Below, piece by piece: positions 24,446-37,410 of a stretch of 64,000 bases of DNA. The position numbers and the translations under genes are program-made. Source of the stretch: Mobula hypostoma. Lineage: Eukaryota. The notes below the pieces were generated by a model that was not told where the DNA came from, searched no databases, and saw only the letters and a program-made list of their open reading frames with translations. How positions within the stretch are numbered: position 1 is the first letter of the stretch; each line of letters opens with the position of its first letter. The stretch lies in assembly GCF_963921235.1 (NCBI RefSeq), contig NC_086108.1:60948001-61012000 (forward strand), given 5' to 3'.

Positions 24446-25433
24446 TCAAAATCAGAATCAGGTTTATTATTACCGGCATGTACCGTGAAATGTGTTAACT
24501 TAGCAGCAGCAGTTCAATGCAATACATAATATAGAAGAGGAAAAATAAATAAATAAATAAATAAATAATAAAAAACACAGTATACGTATAGAAACACAGA
24601 AAACCTACAGCATTGAATAGATTAAAAGAACATGCAAAAAACAGAAATATTACATATTAAAAAAAGTGAGGTAGTGTCCAAGGATTCAATGTCCATTTAG
24701 GAATCGGATGGCAGAGGGGAAGAAGCTGTTCCTGAATCACTGAGTGTGTTCCTTCAGGCTTCTGGACCTCCTTCTTGATGGTAACAGGGAGAAAAGGACA
24801 CGCCCTGGGTGCTGGAGGTCCTTAATAATGGACACTGCCTTTCTGAGACACTGCTCTTTGAAGTTATCCTGGGTACTTTGTAGGCTAGTACCCAAGATGG
24901 AGATGACTAGATTTACAACCCTCTACAGCTTCTTCCAGTCCTGTGCAGTAGCCCCTCCATACCAGACAGTGATGCAGCCTGCCAGAATACTCTCCAAGGT
25001 ACATCTATAGATGATTTTGAGTGTATTTGTTGACATGCCAAACGGCTTCAAATTCCTAATGAAGTATAGCCGCAGTCTTGCCTTCTTTATAACTACATCG
25101 ATATGTTGGGACCAGGTTAGATCCTCAGAAATCTTGACACACAGGAACATGAAACTGCTCACTCTCTCCACTGCTGATCCCTCTGTGAGGATTGGTATGT
25201 GTTCCTTCATCTTACCCTTCCTGAAGACCACAATCAGCTCTTTCGTCTTACTGATGTTGAGTGCCAGGTTGTTGCTGCAACATCACTCCACTAGTTGGCA
25301 TATCTCACTCCTGTACGCCCTCTCATCACCACCTGAGATTCTACTAATAATGGTCATATGGCCAGCAAATTTATGGATGGTATTTGAGCTATACCTAGTC
25401 ACACAGTCGTGTGTATATAGAGAGTAGAGCAGT
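24446..25433 (-). mobile_element. Rex1/Babar LINE 3' fragment inserted in the PLE YIG motif
   Basis: YSLYTHDCV..KFAGH; ERVSSFMFLCVKISEDLTWSQH..YRCTLESILAGCITVWYG; (GATTCT)-type tail at ~24450. Confidence 0.9.
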
Positions 25434-27216
25434 GTAGAGGAGGTCGCACCAGTATCATCAAATACAATAGATGATACTGATTGACTAGCAGGCAAATTGT
25501 TCCCCAACCTGAAGGAACTGTTTGGTGCCTGGATGGTTCATAAGCGAGGAGGTGTAGGGGCACTTGTCCATTTAACCCTCTCCGCAGTTATCCCTGAAAG
25601 TGTGACAAGGGAATCACGTAGAGAAGGATCCCAGTGGAAATCGGAAAGGGGAGGTGGAGGTAAAGATGTGTTTAGTGGTAGGATCTTGTTGGAGATGGTG
25701 GCAGTTGCAGAGAATGATGTGGCTCGTAGGGTGGTAGATAAGGACAAGGGAAACCCTATCCTGTGAGAATGGAGTGACGGTAGATGTACAGGAAATGTTG
25801 GGGATGGGGGTCAGCAAAGTATGAATGGTGGCAGAAGGGAAACCCTGTTCTTTGAAAATAAAAGGAGAACATCTCAGATGTTCTAAAATGGAAACCCCAA
25901 TCCTTAGAACAGATGCAGCCAAGATGCAAGAACTGAGAAAAGGGAATACCATTTTTACACGTGACAATGTGGGTAGAGGTATAGTCAAAAGAGCTGTGAG
26001 AGTCAGTAGGTTTGTGGATACTTTGTCTCCAGAGATGGAAACAGTGAGATTGGGAAAAGGGGTGAGAACTGTCAGAGATGGATCAAATAAATTTGAGGGC
26101 ACGTTGGAAGTTGGAGGCAAAGTGGCTTAAATTGACTAGCTCAATATAGATCTAGGAAGAGCATCAATGTGGTCATCAAAATAGAGGGGGAAAATCTGGG
26201 AAGCATTACCTATGAAGGCTTGGAACATGGACTGTTTCACGTTGCCGACAAAAAGTCAAGCAAAGGTGGTGCCCACGCGAGTGCTGCACCTTGAGCTTTG
26301 AGAAAGTGGGGGGAGTCAAAAGAAAATTGTTTAGCGCAAGAACTAGTTCTGCCAGAGGGGATAGGGTGGTGGTGGAGGGGAACTAGTTAGGCCTGTCGTC
26401 AGAAAGAAGCCGAGAGCTTCATAGCCTTCATGATGGGTGATGGACATGTATAGGGACTGGATGCCCATAGTGAAAATAAGGCAATCTAGGATAGGGGATT
26501 GAAAGTGATCAAGATGATGAAGAGCATGTGAAGTGTCATGGATATAGGGAGGAAGGGACTGAACCAAGGGGATAAAATGTTGAGGCATGTGGAGACAAAT
26601 ATAGTGGGGCAAGAGCAGGCAAAAACAATAGTCCTACTGGGACAGTCAGGTTTGTGATCTTAGGTAGGAGGTAGAAAAGAGCAGTGTAGTGTTTGGGAAT
26701 TACAAGGTTGGTGGCAGTGGATTGAAATCTCCAATGAGGTTGGTATGATGCGGACGACAATGATCTAGTGTTCCTTAGAGGAGTCCTATGCAAGGGACAA
26801 GTAAGAAGAAAGGTCCGAAAGCTACCATCTAGCCTCAGCAAGGTAGAGGTCAGTCAGCCAGACTACAACAGCACCAGCTTTGACTGCAGTTTCGATGTGA
26901 GGTTGGGATTGGTGCACAGAGATAGGGGCAGTGTGTTCTGAGGAGGCGATGTGGGAATGTGGGAAAAGAAGATGGGACTGAAGTTGAAACGGCTGAGATC
27001 TCGATAGCAGTTACGAGATGAGAAGAACCAGAGCACACAGAAGTCCAGATGCTTCTCAAGAAGAGGGGAGTTAAAGGGGCGATCAGTAGGGGTTGGGGGA
27101 AGCCTTACCAAAGAAGTCGGCTCAGAGACAGACAATGGAACAAGAGCTTGGTGTCATGGCAGGCCCCAAGCTCATTAAGGTGTGGGTACAGGGAGATAAA
27201 GGGTAACATTCTTGTT

Positions 27217-29278
27217 TGGGATATATACATCCCAGGGAGGAAGAAGTATTCTAAAGGAAAGATGACAGAACTGTGGTTAACAAGAGAAGTCAAAGCGAAC
27301 ATAAAAGCCAAAGAGAGGTCATATAACAGAGCAAAAATTGGTGGGAAGTTAGAGGATTGGGCAGCTTTCAAATACCGACAGAAGGAAACTAAAAGTCATT
27401 AAGGTGGTAAAGATGGAATACGAAAATAAGCTAGCCAATAATATTACAGAGAACACCGAAGTTCTTTCAGATACATAAAGTGCAAAAGAGAGGAGAGAGT
27501 GGACATCAGAGTGCTGGAAAATGATGCTGGAGAGGTAGTAATGAAAGGCAACAAAATGGTGGAAGAACTGAATAAGGATTTTCCATCAGTCTTCACTGTG
27601 GAAGACACTAACAGTATGGTAGAAGTTCCAGGTATCAGGGGTCATGAAGCGTGTGAAGTTACCATTACTAGGGAGCAGGTTCTTGGGAAACTGAAAGGTC
27701 TGAAGGTAAATGTCACATGGACCAGATAGTGTACACCCCAGGGTTCTGAAAGAGGTGGCTGAAGAGATCGTGGAGATATTAGTAATGATATTTCATGAGT
27801 CACTAGATTCTGGAGTGGATCTGGAAGACCAGAAAATTGCAATGTCACTCCACTCTTCAATAAGGGAGAAAGGTAGAAAGGAAATTATAGGCCAGTTAGT
27901 CTCTCCTCAGAGGTTGGGAAGGTGTTGGAGACGATTATTAAGGATGAAGTCTCAGGGAACTTGGAGGCGCATGATAAAATAGGCCATAGTCAGTATGGTT
28001 TCCTCAAGGGAAAATCTTGCCTGACAAATCTGTTGGAATTCTTTGAAGAAATAACAAGCAGGATAGAGAAAGGAGATTCAGTTGATGTTGTGCACTTGGA
28101 TTTTCAGAAGGCCTTTGACAAGATACCACACATGAGGCTGCTTAATAAGCTACGAGCCCATGGTATTACAGGGAAGATTCTAGCATCGATAAAGCAGTGG
28201 CTGACTGGCAGGAGGCAAAGAGTAGGAATAAAGGGAGTCTTTTCTGGCTGGCTGCTGGTGACTAGTGGTGTTCCACTCGGGTCTGTGTTGGGACCAATTC
28301 TTTTTATGCCATGATTTTTACGTTATATTATTTTTATGTTAAGATTTGGATGATGGAATTGATGGCTTTGTTGCAAAATTTTCAGATGATACGAAAATAG
28401 GTGGAGGGGCAAGTAGTTTTGAGGAAGTCGAGAGGGTACAGGAGGACAGATAGATTAGGAAAATGGGTAAAGAAGTGGCAGATGGAATACAGCATCAGGA
28501 AGTGTATGATCATGCACTTTGATAGAAGAAATGAAAGGGTTGACTATTTTCTAAATGGAGAGAAAATACAAAATACTGAGGCACAAAGGGGGTTCCCCAA
28601 AGCTTGATTTGCAGGTTGAGTCTGTGGTGAGGAAGGCAAATGGAATGTTAGCATTCTTTTCAAGAGGACTAGAATATAAAAGCAAGTATGTAATGTTGAG
28701 GCTTTATAAAGCACTGGTGAGGCCTCATGGAGTATTGTGAGCAGTTTTGGCCTCCTTATCTTAGAAAGAATGTGTTGAAACTGGAGAGGGTTCAAAGGAT
28801 GTTCACAAAAATGATTCCAGGATTGAATGGCTTGTCATATGAAGAGGATTTAATGGCTCTGGGCCTGCACTCATTGGAATTCAGAATAATGAGGGGTGAC
28901 GTCATTGAAATCTATCAAATGGTGAAAGGCCCTGATAGAGTGGATGAGGACAGAATGTTTCCTATGGTGGGAGAGTTTAAGACCAGAGGACACAGCCTCA
29001 GAATAGAGCAGCGTCCTTTCATAATGGAGATTAGGAATTTATTTCGCCAGATAGTGATGAACCTGTGGAATTCTGTGCCACAGAAGCTGTAGAGGCCAAG
29101 TCTGTATGTACATTTAAGGCAGAGGTTGATAGATTCTTGATTGGTCAAGGCACAAAGGGATATGGGAGAAGGCAGGACTTTGAGGGTAAGTAAAAATAGA
29201 TCAGCCACGATGAAATGGTGGAGCAGACTCAATGGGCCAAATGGCCAGATTCTGCTCCTATGTTTTATGGTCTTTTGG
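27217..29278 (+). mobile_element. CR1 LINE, 5'-truncated, inserted in the PLE
   Basis: KSCLTNLLEFFE, LDFQKAFDKIPH, GVPLGSVLGP and TRGHSL motifs; 7-bp TSD TCTTGTT at 27210-27216 and 29279-29285. Confidence 0.93.
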
Positions 29279-30187
29279 TCTTGTTGAGGACTGAACATTC
29301 TGCCTCCGAGGGGATGGTGAAGACACAGCAGGAGATGGAGCTGGGGTCAACGTAGGGTAGAGGATTGGACCAGTCAGAGGACAGAGAAGGTTGGGCTATT
29401 CAGAGAAAATGGAGTGGGAGGGGGTCCCATGGAAGTAACAGGGCATAGATGGAAGCCTGAGAAACCAAGGATGGGTGGGAGGTAGTGGTAGAAGGAAAGG
29501 AGCAGTAGTCCTGATGCAGGGTCTCAGCCCAAAAATGTCAAATGTTTATTTTCCCATCCATAAATGCTTCCTGATTTGCTGAGTTCTCTAAACTGGTATA
29601 TGTAATTTTACCCCAGATTCTAGAATTATTTAATCTGTCAATTTACTTAATTTCTTCACACAGATTCAATAAAGATACTAGAACTGTATTCTCAGAAGCA
29701 AATACACAGATGGTAGCCTTGGTTAACTACAATTCTAATAGCAGTTTAAAAAATGAAGTTAATTTTCGTTTAATGCACTTGCAAAGTAAAGTGGATTTGG
29801 TTTTCATTTACATAAATGAAATTACAAGTAAAAATCCACAGGTAAATTTCTGCATTGTTGCTGATTACCATAAAGATATGGTTGAATCCCGCTAATGGAG
29901 ATTTCATTCCCAGCTCTATTAACTTCATTTTCGATTTTATTACTACAGACGTCCTGGTAAAGTAGATTTACAGGAAAGATAGCAAGTCACATGCAGTTAA
30001 CCAGTTATTAAAGCAATCCCTTGAAAAGAATTCTTGACAATAAATTTCAGTTTTGCTTTGAATAGATAAACACAATTACTTTAATTGAAAGTTGTGTTTA
30101 TATTGAGATCTGCTTAAAATTACGACTTAAGTCATTGATGCAGAACTATCACAAAGCGCGCTACAATTTTAATTTTTTTAAATTATT

Positions 30188-30462
30188 TTTAAATTTATTA
30201 AGATACAGCACAGAACAGACCCTTCCGGCCCTTCGACCCACGCTAGCCTAGCAACACCTGATTTAACCCTAGCCTAGCCACGGGACAATTTACAGTGATT
30301 AACTAACCTCCCAACCGGCACGTCTTTGGACTTCGGGAGTAAACCGGAGGACCCAGAGGAAATCCATGAGGTCACAGGGAGAATGCCCGAACTCCTCACA
30401 CACAGCGGTGGGAATTGAACACTGTAAAGCATTGTGCTAACCACCACACTACAGTGCCGCCC
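30188..30462 (-). mobile_element. tRNA-derived SINE with V-domain (HE1/V-SINE-like)
   Basis: Reverse strand GGGCGGCACTGTAGTGTGGTGGTTAGCA...GTTCAATTCC (A/B boxes), V-domain-like TTTCCTCTGGGTCCTCCGGTTTACTCCC, CR1-like 3' tail. Confidence 0.8.
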
Positions 30463-31199
30463 CAGAAGATGCAAAAGTAAATGAAAAAAAAGAGCAAAAT
30501 CTTTCTCATGAATGTAAGGTCAATACTTCAGCAAATTAAATTTTATAAATGATGACTGGTAGCAGTTGAGTTAAAAAAGGAAGTTTTGTAGCGATTAGAT
30601 GGAATATCGTCAATCATTGTATTATTTCAGAAAACGGTACACTGTTGAATATACGCAGTCTAATGTTTCTCATTTGTTCAGTTAAAGCAGGACTTTCTTA
30701 AACCCACTCTTAACCAGCTGACTGCAGTCATAACCAAGTAACTTAACCAGAAAGTTTAGTTCTATTCCTCACTAAAAATTCCCCATTTCCAATCAATTAC
30801 ACCGCAAGCTCTATTGCAGCAATAACATTTATACACAAAAACGCAGTAATCACTTCGTCAGGAATTGTAGATTTACATTTCCAGTAGGTAGCTGTTAAAA
30901 TAATTGTATCTGCCATTTATCATCCTGTTGACTCCAAAAAAATTCCGAGCAGTTGTATTTGTCATTTTAGTTAAACCCTATTGACGTAAAGGTAAACCGC
31001 AAAAGTATGTCATATTGGCATAAAATTACCCAACCACCCATTCCATGAATTATACGGATTCTTAAGATGAAATATCGGAAAGTCGTTTTCCAAACTACCC
31101 GAACAAGATTGATCTAACGCCTTTTTACTGCTTTAACCCTGAGAACAGTCAGTAATCAGGTAAATAACTATAAGTACGCGTTACGTGGTGAAACCAAAG

Positions 31200-31510
31200 T
31201 AGCCCTTTTAATCAGGTGCCGTCCTGTATCTCCGCGAAAAAAACTATAACCACCTGCCAAGGACGAAAGTTTCCCGGAGTGGACGGCGCAGGCTCAGTGT
31301 GGCAAACGGGAGCCGTGGAGAGACACTCTGCTGCCAGAAGTAGGAGGAGAGGAATGATCGCAAGCTGCAATTTAAGTTGAAATCTTACCATCATAGCATC
31401 CATAAGACGCGACTGTCGAGAAGCCGGCGCACCTGCGTTGAGGCATTGCGCAATCTTAGTTTCCCGGCACCCTGAACTCGCAGTCGCTCCTCCTCCCTCA
31501 CCCGTCAATC
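31200..31510 (-). promoter_or_regulatory. CpG-rich unique segment: candidate promoter/first exon of an unidentified gene
   Basis: Local CpG retention in unique AT-rich DNA; perfect C/EBP palindrome ATTGCGCAAT at 31445-31454; minus-strand ATG at 31403 followed by a donor-like ATG|GTAAGA and a signal-peptide-like frame. Confidence 0.45.
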
Positions 31511-31819
31511 AAAAGTGTTCCAAACAAAAATTGCTCCCAAACTCTTTACCACAAGTAAGAGCTGTCCTCTCAAATGTCACTTATTTTTATCTTGTTTTTG
31601 CTTGCGTAATTCTGGATGATAACCAGAAAGTGCTCATTGCTTTTTGCAAATATAAGGAATCCTAAGGAGGACTTGTATTTGCAGAGTGTGTTCCATGTCC
31701 CAAGTGATGGCTTGGGATTGGAAATTGACTCAACACTTTGGAGGCTGCAAACCACAGGCTCAAACAGATAGGTGTAGCTGGAGTGAAAGCTGCTAGAAAT
31801 GTTGTATGTAAGTGAAAAT

Positions 31820-31995
31820 CTGAAATAAACTGCAGAAGTTGGAAATGTGAAATTAAACCACATACACTCAGCAGGTCAGGCAGCTCCTGTGGAAAGAGAA
31901 GCAGTTAGCATTCTGGGTCTGTGACTCTTCATCAGAAGGTAGAACTTAACTGTACATGCATTTGTTACATTATTGCAGGCATTGCCTTGACCTGC
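31820..31995 (-). mobile_element. Old PLE pLTR remnant with decayed hammerhead
   Basis: CTCAGCAGGTCAGGCAGC motif; reverse strand CTGATGAAGAGTC at 31935-31923. Confidence 0.55.
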
Positions 31996-31999
31996 AAGA

Positions 32000-32290
32000 G
32001 ATGAGTGAGATTTTAATGAATATTTCTCTACTTGCTTATTGAGGAGAAAATCGTGGTTGCTGAAGAGGTAAGGGTTACAAGTGGGGATATTTTGGAGGGC
32101 ATTCATATTACTAAACTGGAGGTACTCGTGGTCTTGCAGCTCAGTAAGATTGATAAATCCCCAGTATTTGACCAAGAGCATCCTCAGATTTTATGGAAGA
32201 CTAGAGAAGAATTTGCGGAGGACCTCGTGGAGATATTTCTTTCACCATTAGCACCCAAAGTTCCTGAAGATTGGCTGCAGTTTTCTGTTG
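32000..32290 (+). mobile_element. CR1 ORF2 middle fragment
   Basis: KIDKSPVFDQEHPQILWKTREE...VPEDW. Confidence 0.75.
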
Positions 32291-32434
32291 TTCTGGTTTA
32301 GCTAAACTCTTGTAGTATCTCATTTTTATAATTCTTTAGCCCATCCAGGATCTCAGCTGTATCTTTCTTAGCTTTTACATGAACAGCATTTTCATTGGTA
32401 AAGGCTAATACATTTAGTATATCAGCCATGTAGG

Positions 32435-33035
32435 GTGCAGACTAGACCCTACAGCCCGACTGACTGATACTAACCTAGCTGTTTATCTGAGTTAGTTCCA
32501 TTTGCCTCCATTTAGCCATAAAGGACTTTTCTATCCATGTACCTGTCCAAGTATCTTTAAAACATTCTAACTGCATCTGTCTCCACCACTTCATCTGGCA
32601 GCTCATTCCATATATCGACCACCCTCTGTGTGAAAAAGTTGCCTCTCAGATTCCTTTTAAATCTTTCCTCTCTCACCCTAACCTTATGCCCTCTTGTTTT
32701 AAGACTCCCAGGCCCTGAGAAAAAGACTGTGACCATTCATCTTATCTATGTCCTGATGATTTAATAATAATCAATAAAGTCACTCCTCAGCCTCCTGCAC
32801 TGCAGGGAAAAAAGCCCCAGACTTGCCAGTCTCTTCTAATAACTTAAGCCACATAGTTCTGGCAACATCCTCGTGAATCTCTTCTGCACTCTCTCCAGCT
32901 TAATAACATCCTTTTTATAGCTGGGCAACCAGCAACACACGTCACTATCTTGAATAGCTAGAACATGATGTCCCAACTCTATATTCAATGCCCTGAACAA
33001 TGAAGGCAAGCATGCAAACTGCCTTCTCCCATGTT
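32435..33035 (-). mobile_element. CR1 3' fragment
   Basis: KKDVIKLERVQKRFTRMLP. Confidence 0.8.
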
Positions 33036-33344
33036 CCAATCAGCATATTTTCTTTTCTTCTCTGCTCACAACTATTTCCTGTTTACATGCCAATAGAACG
33101 GTTTTGGATTCATTTTTATGTTTACAATTTTTACTCTGTTCTTTCTTTGCCTCTGAACATTTGTTAATTAGCCAAGTCTATATTTGTGTTCACAACCCAG
33201 CCTCTATCACAGATTCCTTTTGTTTTGTCCTATTGTGTTCTGTCATTCTGAAAGCTCTGGCTTTTAACTTCCTTACCCATCTCTGCAAATGGATTGTAGT
33301 TAGGATGTAGTTGACAATCTCCACCAACAACCTACATACATTTG

Positions 33345-33800
33345 TAGAGTCATAGAGTCCTACAGCATGGGCACAGGCCATTCAGCCCATCTAGTTTACC
33401 CAACCACCATTCCCATTTAAGCTAGTCCCATTTGTACATGTTTGGCCCATATCCTTCTAAACCTTTCCCACCGATGTATCTGTCCAAGTACCTTTTAAAT
33501 GTTAGTGCTTCAACCACTTCCTTTGGCTGCTCATTCTAAACACTGGCAACCCTCTGGGTGAAAGATTTGCCTTTCATATTCCTGTTAAATCTCTACCCTC
33601 TCACAATAAACCTATGTCATCTTGCTTTTGGTTCCTCAATGCTGCAAGAAAGTCTATGCCCATTGACCCTATCTATGTTCCTCATGATCTTATACACTCT
33701 GTAAGATCAGCCCTCATTCTCCTATGCTTCAGTGAAAGAAGTCTCAACCTGCTCAACCTCTGTCCATAATTCAGTCTCTTGAGTCCAAACAACATCCTTA
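33345..33800 (-). mobile_element. CR1 3' fragment
   Basis: CR1 3' UTR and ATAGAGTC tail repeats at ~33345. Confidence 0.7.
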
Positions 33801-34044
33801 TAATTGTATTCTTGCCAATATTCTTGTGTTCTTGTTCCAGCAAGGCAGTTCTATCATTGGATGCTCTGAGGATTCAATTGGGAGCAGCAGGGAGTTTGCC
33901 AACATGCTCGTTGTGAATTTATCTAAGTGGTTTGGAAGGCAGTCCATGATCAAGGAAAATTGTGTGAGGAGACTGCACTTCACAAAAATATCCTCAGGAG
34001 CTTCTGTGACCTTCAGAAAGATGACCTGCTGCTGTCATCCAAGT

Positions 34045-34640
34045 CATAGTTCACTACTGCATAGAAACAAGCCCTTCAGCGCATCAAGTCCATGCCAAAT
34101 TATTATTCTGTTGACCCTGTAACAGACCATCCAAACCCCTCCCATCCATGTACCTATTCGAATTTCTCTTAAATATCAAAATCAAACCATCCACCACTTC
34201 CACTGACCGCTCCTTCCTCACTCTCACCACCTTATGAGTGAAGAAGTTCCCTCTCATGCTCCCCTTAAACATTTCACATTTTACCTTTAACCCATGACAT
34301 CTAGTTCTAGTTTAATCAAACTGCAGTGTAAAAAGCCTGTTTGCATTCACCCATCATAGTTTTGTTAACCTCTGTCAAATCTTCTCTCCTTCTCCTACAC
34401 TCTAGGGAATAAAGTCCTAACATACTCAAACTTTCCTTATAACTCAAGTCCTGACAAAATCCTTGTAAACTTTCTTGGCACCCCTTCAATCTTATTGATA
34501 CCTTTCTTGTAAGTAGGTTACCACAATTCTCCAAGGTAGGCCTCACCAACATCTTACACAGTTTCAACATAACATCCCAACTCCCATACTCAATGCCTTG
34601 ATTTATGAAGGCAAATGTGCCAAAAGCTCTCTTCATTAAA
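34045..34640 (-). mobile_element. CR1 3' fragment
   Basis: AFGTFAFINQGIEY..LVRPTLE; FKGSMRGNFFTHKVVRV. Confidence 0.8.
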
Positions 34641-35257
34641 GTCAACTGTGCTGACTTTCTATTGCTCTGCGTTGTTTCTGGCTGGGATTATGGATATGTA
34701 TAGCACACTTTGCTCTTCCGGATGATGGCTGTTCATCCAGCTAGACATGACCTACATTAGGCAGCATGGAGGCACTGCTGCTTCTCATCAGATTGCTGGT
34801 CCCCCAAAACTGGTGAGACCCATGTTTCCTTCTGCCATGCAAGGAGCAGCAGCTCCCACCAAGTATAGGGAAAGGGGCTGGGAGTGGCTGGTCAGATGAT
34901 TGTGTAGTTAAAGTTGTGGTTAAAGTAGTGTGGTAGGGGGAAGAATTTTAAGCTTCTGGACCACTAGAACTGTTGCTGGGGAAGATGGGACCTTTACAAG
35001 TTAGACAGATTGCACCTGAAACAGAGTGGGGTCCAATATCCCAGCAGGAAGATTTGCTCATTGTGCTGGGCATGATTTAAACAAATATGGCTGGGTAAGT
35101 ATACAGTTATGGTGGGAGTGAAGTGGGGGGAGCTGCAGTCAAATGTAGAAAGAAATTGAAATCGACCTAGTATGTTGAGTAGGCAATAAGGCACATCTGC
35201 ATAATGCAAGGATAAATTGCATCTACCTGTAAAGAACCTGTAAATAAATGAAAAGAA

Positions 35258-37410
35258 TAGTCATAGTCATACTTTATTAATCCCGGGGGAAATTGGTTTT
35301 CGTCACAGTTGCTCCATAAATAATAAATAGTAGTAGAACCATAAATAGTTAAATAGTAATATGTAAATTATGCCAGTAAATTATGAAATAAGTCCAGGAC
35401 CAGCCTATTGGCTCAGGGTGTCTGACCCTCCAAGGGAGGAGTTGTAAAGTTTGATGGCCACAGGCAGGAATGACTTCCTATGACGCTCAGTGCTACATCT
35501 CGGTGGAATGAATCTCTGGCTGAATGTACTCCTGTGCCCACCAAGTACATTATGTAGTGGATGGGAGACATTGACCAAGATGGCATGCAACTTAGACAGC
35601 ATCCTCTTTTTAGACACCACCGTGAGAGAGTCCAGTTCCATCCCCACAACATCACTGGCCTTACGAATGAGTTTGTTGATTCTGTTGGTGTCTGCCACCC
35701 TCAGCCTGCTGCCCCAGCACACAACAGCAAACATGATAGCACTGGCCACCACAGACTCGTAGAACATCCTCAGCATCGTCCGGCAGATGTTAAAGGACCT
35801 CAGTCTCCTCAGGAAATAGAGACGGCTCTGGCCCTTTTTGTAGACAGCCTCAGTGTTATTTGACCAGTCCAGTTTATTGTCAATTTGTATCCCTAGGTAT
35901 TTGTAATCCTCCACCATGTCCACACTGACCCCCTGGATGGAAACAGGGGTCACCGGTACCTTAGCTCTCCTCAGGTCTACCACCAGCTCCTTGGTCTTTT
36001 TCACATTAAGCTGCAGATAATTCTGCTCACACCATGTGACAAAATTTCCTACCGTAGCCCTGTACTCAGCCTCATCTCCCTTACTGATGTATCCAACTAT
36101 GGCAGAGTCATCCAAAAACTTATGAAGATGACAAGACTCCGTGCAGTAGTTGAAGTCCGAGGTGTAAATGGTGAAGAGAAAGGGAGACAAGATAGTCCCC
36201 TGTGGAGCCCCAGTGCTGCTGATCACTCTGTCGGACACACAGTGTTACAAGCACATGTACTGTGCTCTGCCAGTCAGGTAATCAAGAATCCATGATACCA
36301 GGGAAGCATCCACCTGCATCGCTGTCAGCTTCTCCCCCAGCAGAGCAGGGCGGATGGTGTTGAATGCACTGGAGAAGTCAAAAAACATGACCCTCACAGC
36401 GCTCGCTGGCTTGTCCAGGTGGGCGTAGACACGGTTTAGCAGGAAGACGATGGCGTCCTCAACTCCTAGTCGGGGCTGGTAGGCAAACTGGAAGGGATCT
36501 AAGTGTGGCCTGACCATAGGCCGGAGCAGCTCCAGAACAAGTCTCTCCAGGATCTTCATGATGTGGGAGGTCAATGCCACCGGTCTGTAGTTGTTGAGGC
36601 CACTGGGGCGCGGCGTCTTCGGCGCAGGGACGAGGCAGGACGTCTTCTGCAATACAGGAACCCTTCGGAGCCTCAGACTCAGGTTGAATACATGGCGAAG
36701 TACTCCACATAGCTGAGGGGCACAGGCTTTGAGCACCCTGGTACTGACACCATCCGGTCCTGCAGCCTTGCTTGGGTTGAGACGTTTCAGCTGTCTTCTC
36801 ACCTGTTCAGCTGTGAAGCCCACCGTGGTGGTTTCATGTGGGGAAGGGGTATAGTCATGAGAGCAGGGTGGGGGACTGTGAGGAGGGGTAGGAGGGGAGA
36901 GTGGAATATGTGTTGGTTGGGGGACGACAACAGATGGCTCATGTGTGGGATGGGCAGGGGCCACACTGTCAAATCTGTTAAAGAACAGGTTAAGTTCATT
37001 GGCCCTGTCCACACTGCCTTCCGCTCCTCTGTTGCTAGTTTGCCGGAACCCAGTGATGGTCCTCATCCCACTCCAGACCTCTCTCATGTTGTTCTGCTGG
37101 AGTTTCCACTCAAGCTTCCTCCTGTACCTGTCCTTAGCCTCCCTGATCCTGGCTTTCAGGTCCCTCTGTATTGCCCTCAGCTCCTCCCTATTTCCATCTC
37201 TAAACGCCCTCTTTTTAGCGTTTAGGATGTCCTTAATGTCCTTTGTCACCCATGGCTTGTTATTTGAATAACAAAAGACAGTTCTTGTTGGAACCTTGCA
37301 GTCCACACAGAAGTTGATATAATCGGTGGTGCACTCTGTGAGCCAATCAATATCCTCTCCATGTGGCTCACAGAGTGCCTGCCAGTCTGTCACCTCAAAA
37401 CAACCCTGGA
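35258..37410 (-). mobile_element. Young Rex1/Babar LINE, 5'-truncated, RT nearly intact
   Basis: ORFs 37393-36245 and 36238-35405 share one frame separated by a single TAA; YRPVALTS, FFDFSSAFNTI, GAPQGTILSP, KFLDDSA; (ATGACT) tail. Confidence 0.95.

Larger units (their letters stand above)
24013..29590 (-). mobile_element. Degraded Penelope-like element (RT plus GIY-YIG) with an inverted pLTR at its 5' end, split by Rex1 and CR1 insertions
   Basis: Reverse strand: SEAECSVLN, PHLNELGACHDTKLLF and LIFTMGIQSLYMSITHHEG (PLE RT); IIYCI...LLYIVET (GIY-YIG); pLTR with decayed hammerhead at 24013-24148; inverted copy (AGTCCTGATGCAGGGTCTCAGCCC) at 29507-29590. Confidence 0.8.

Noticed and set aside
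31254..31275. GGACGAAAG resembling a hammerhead half
   Set aside because: There is no upstream CUGANGA core or supporting stems.
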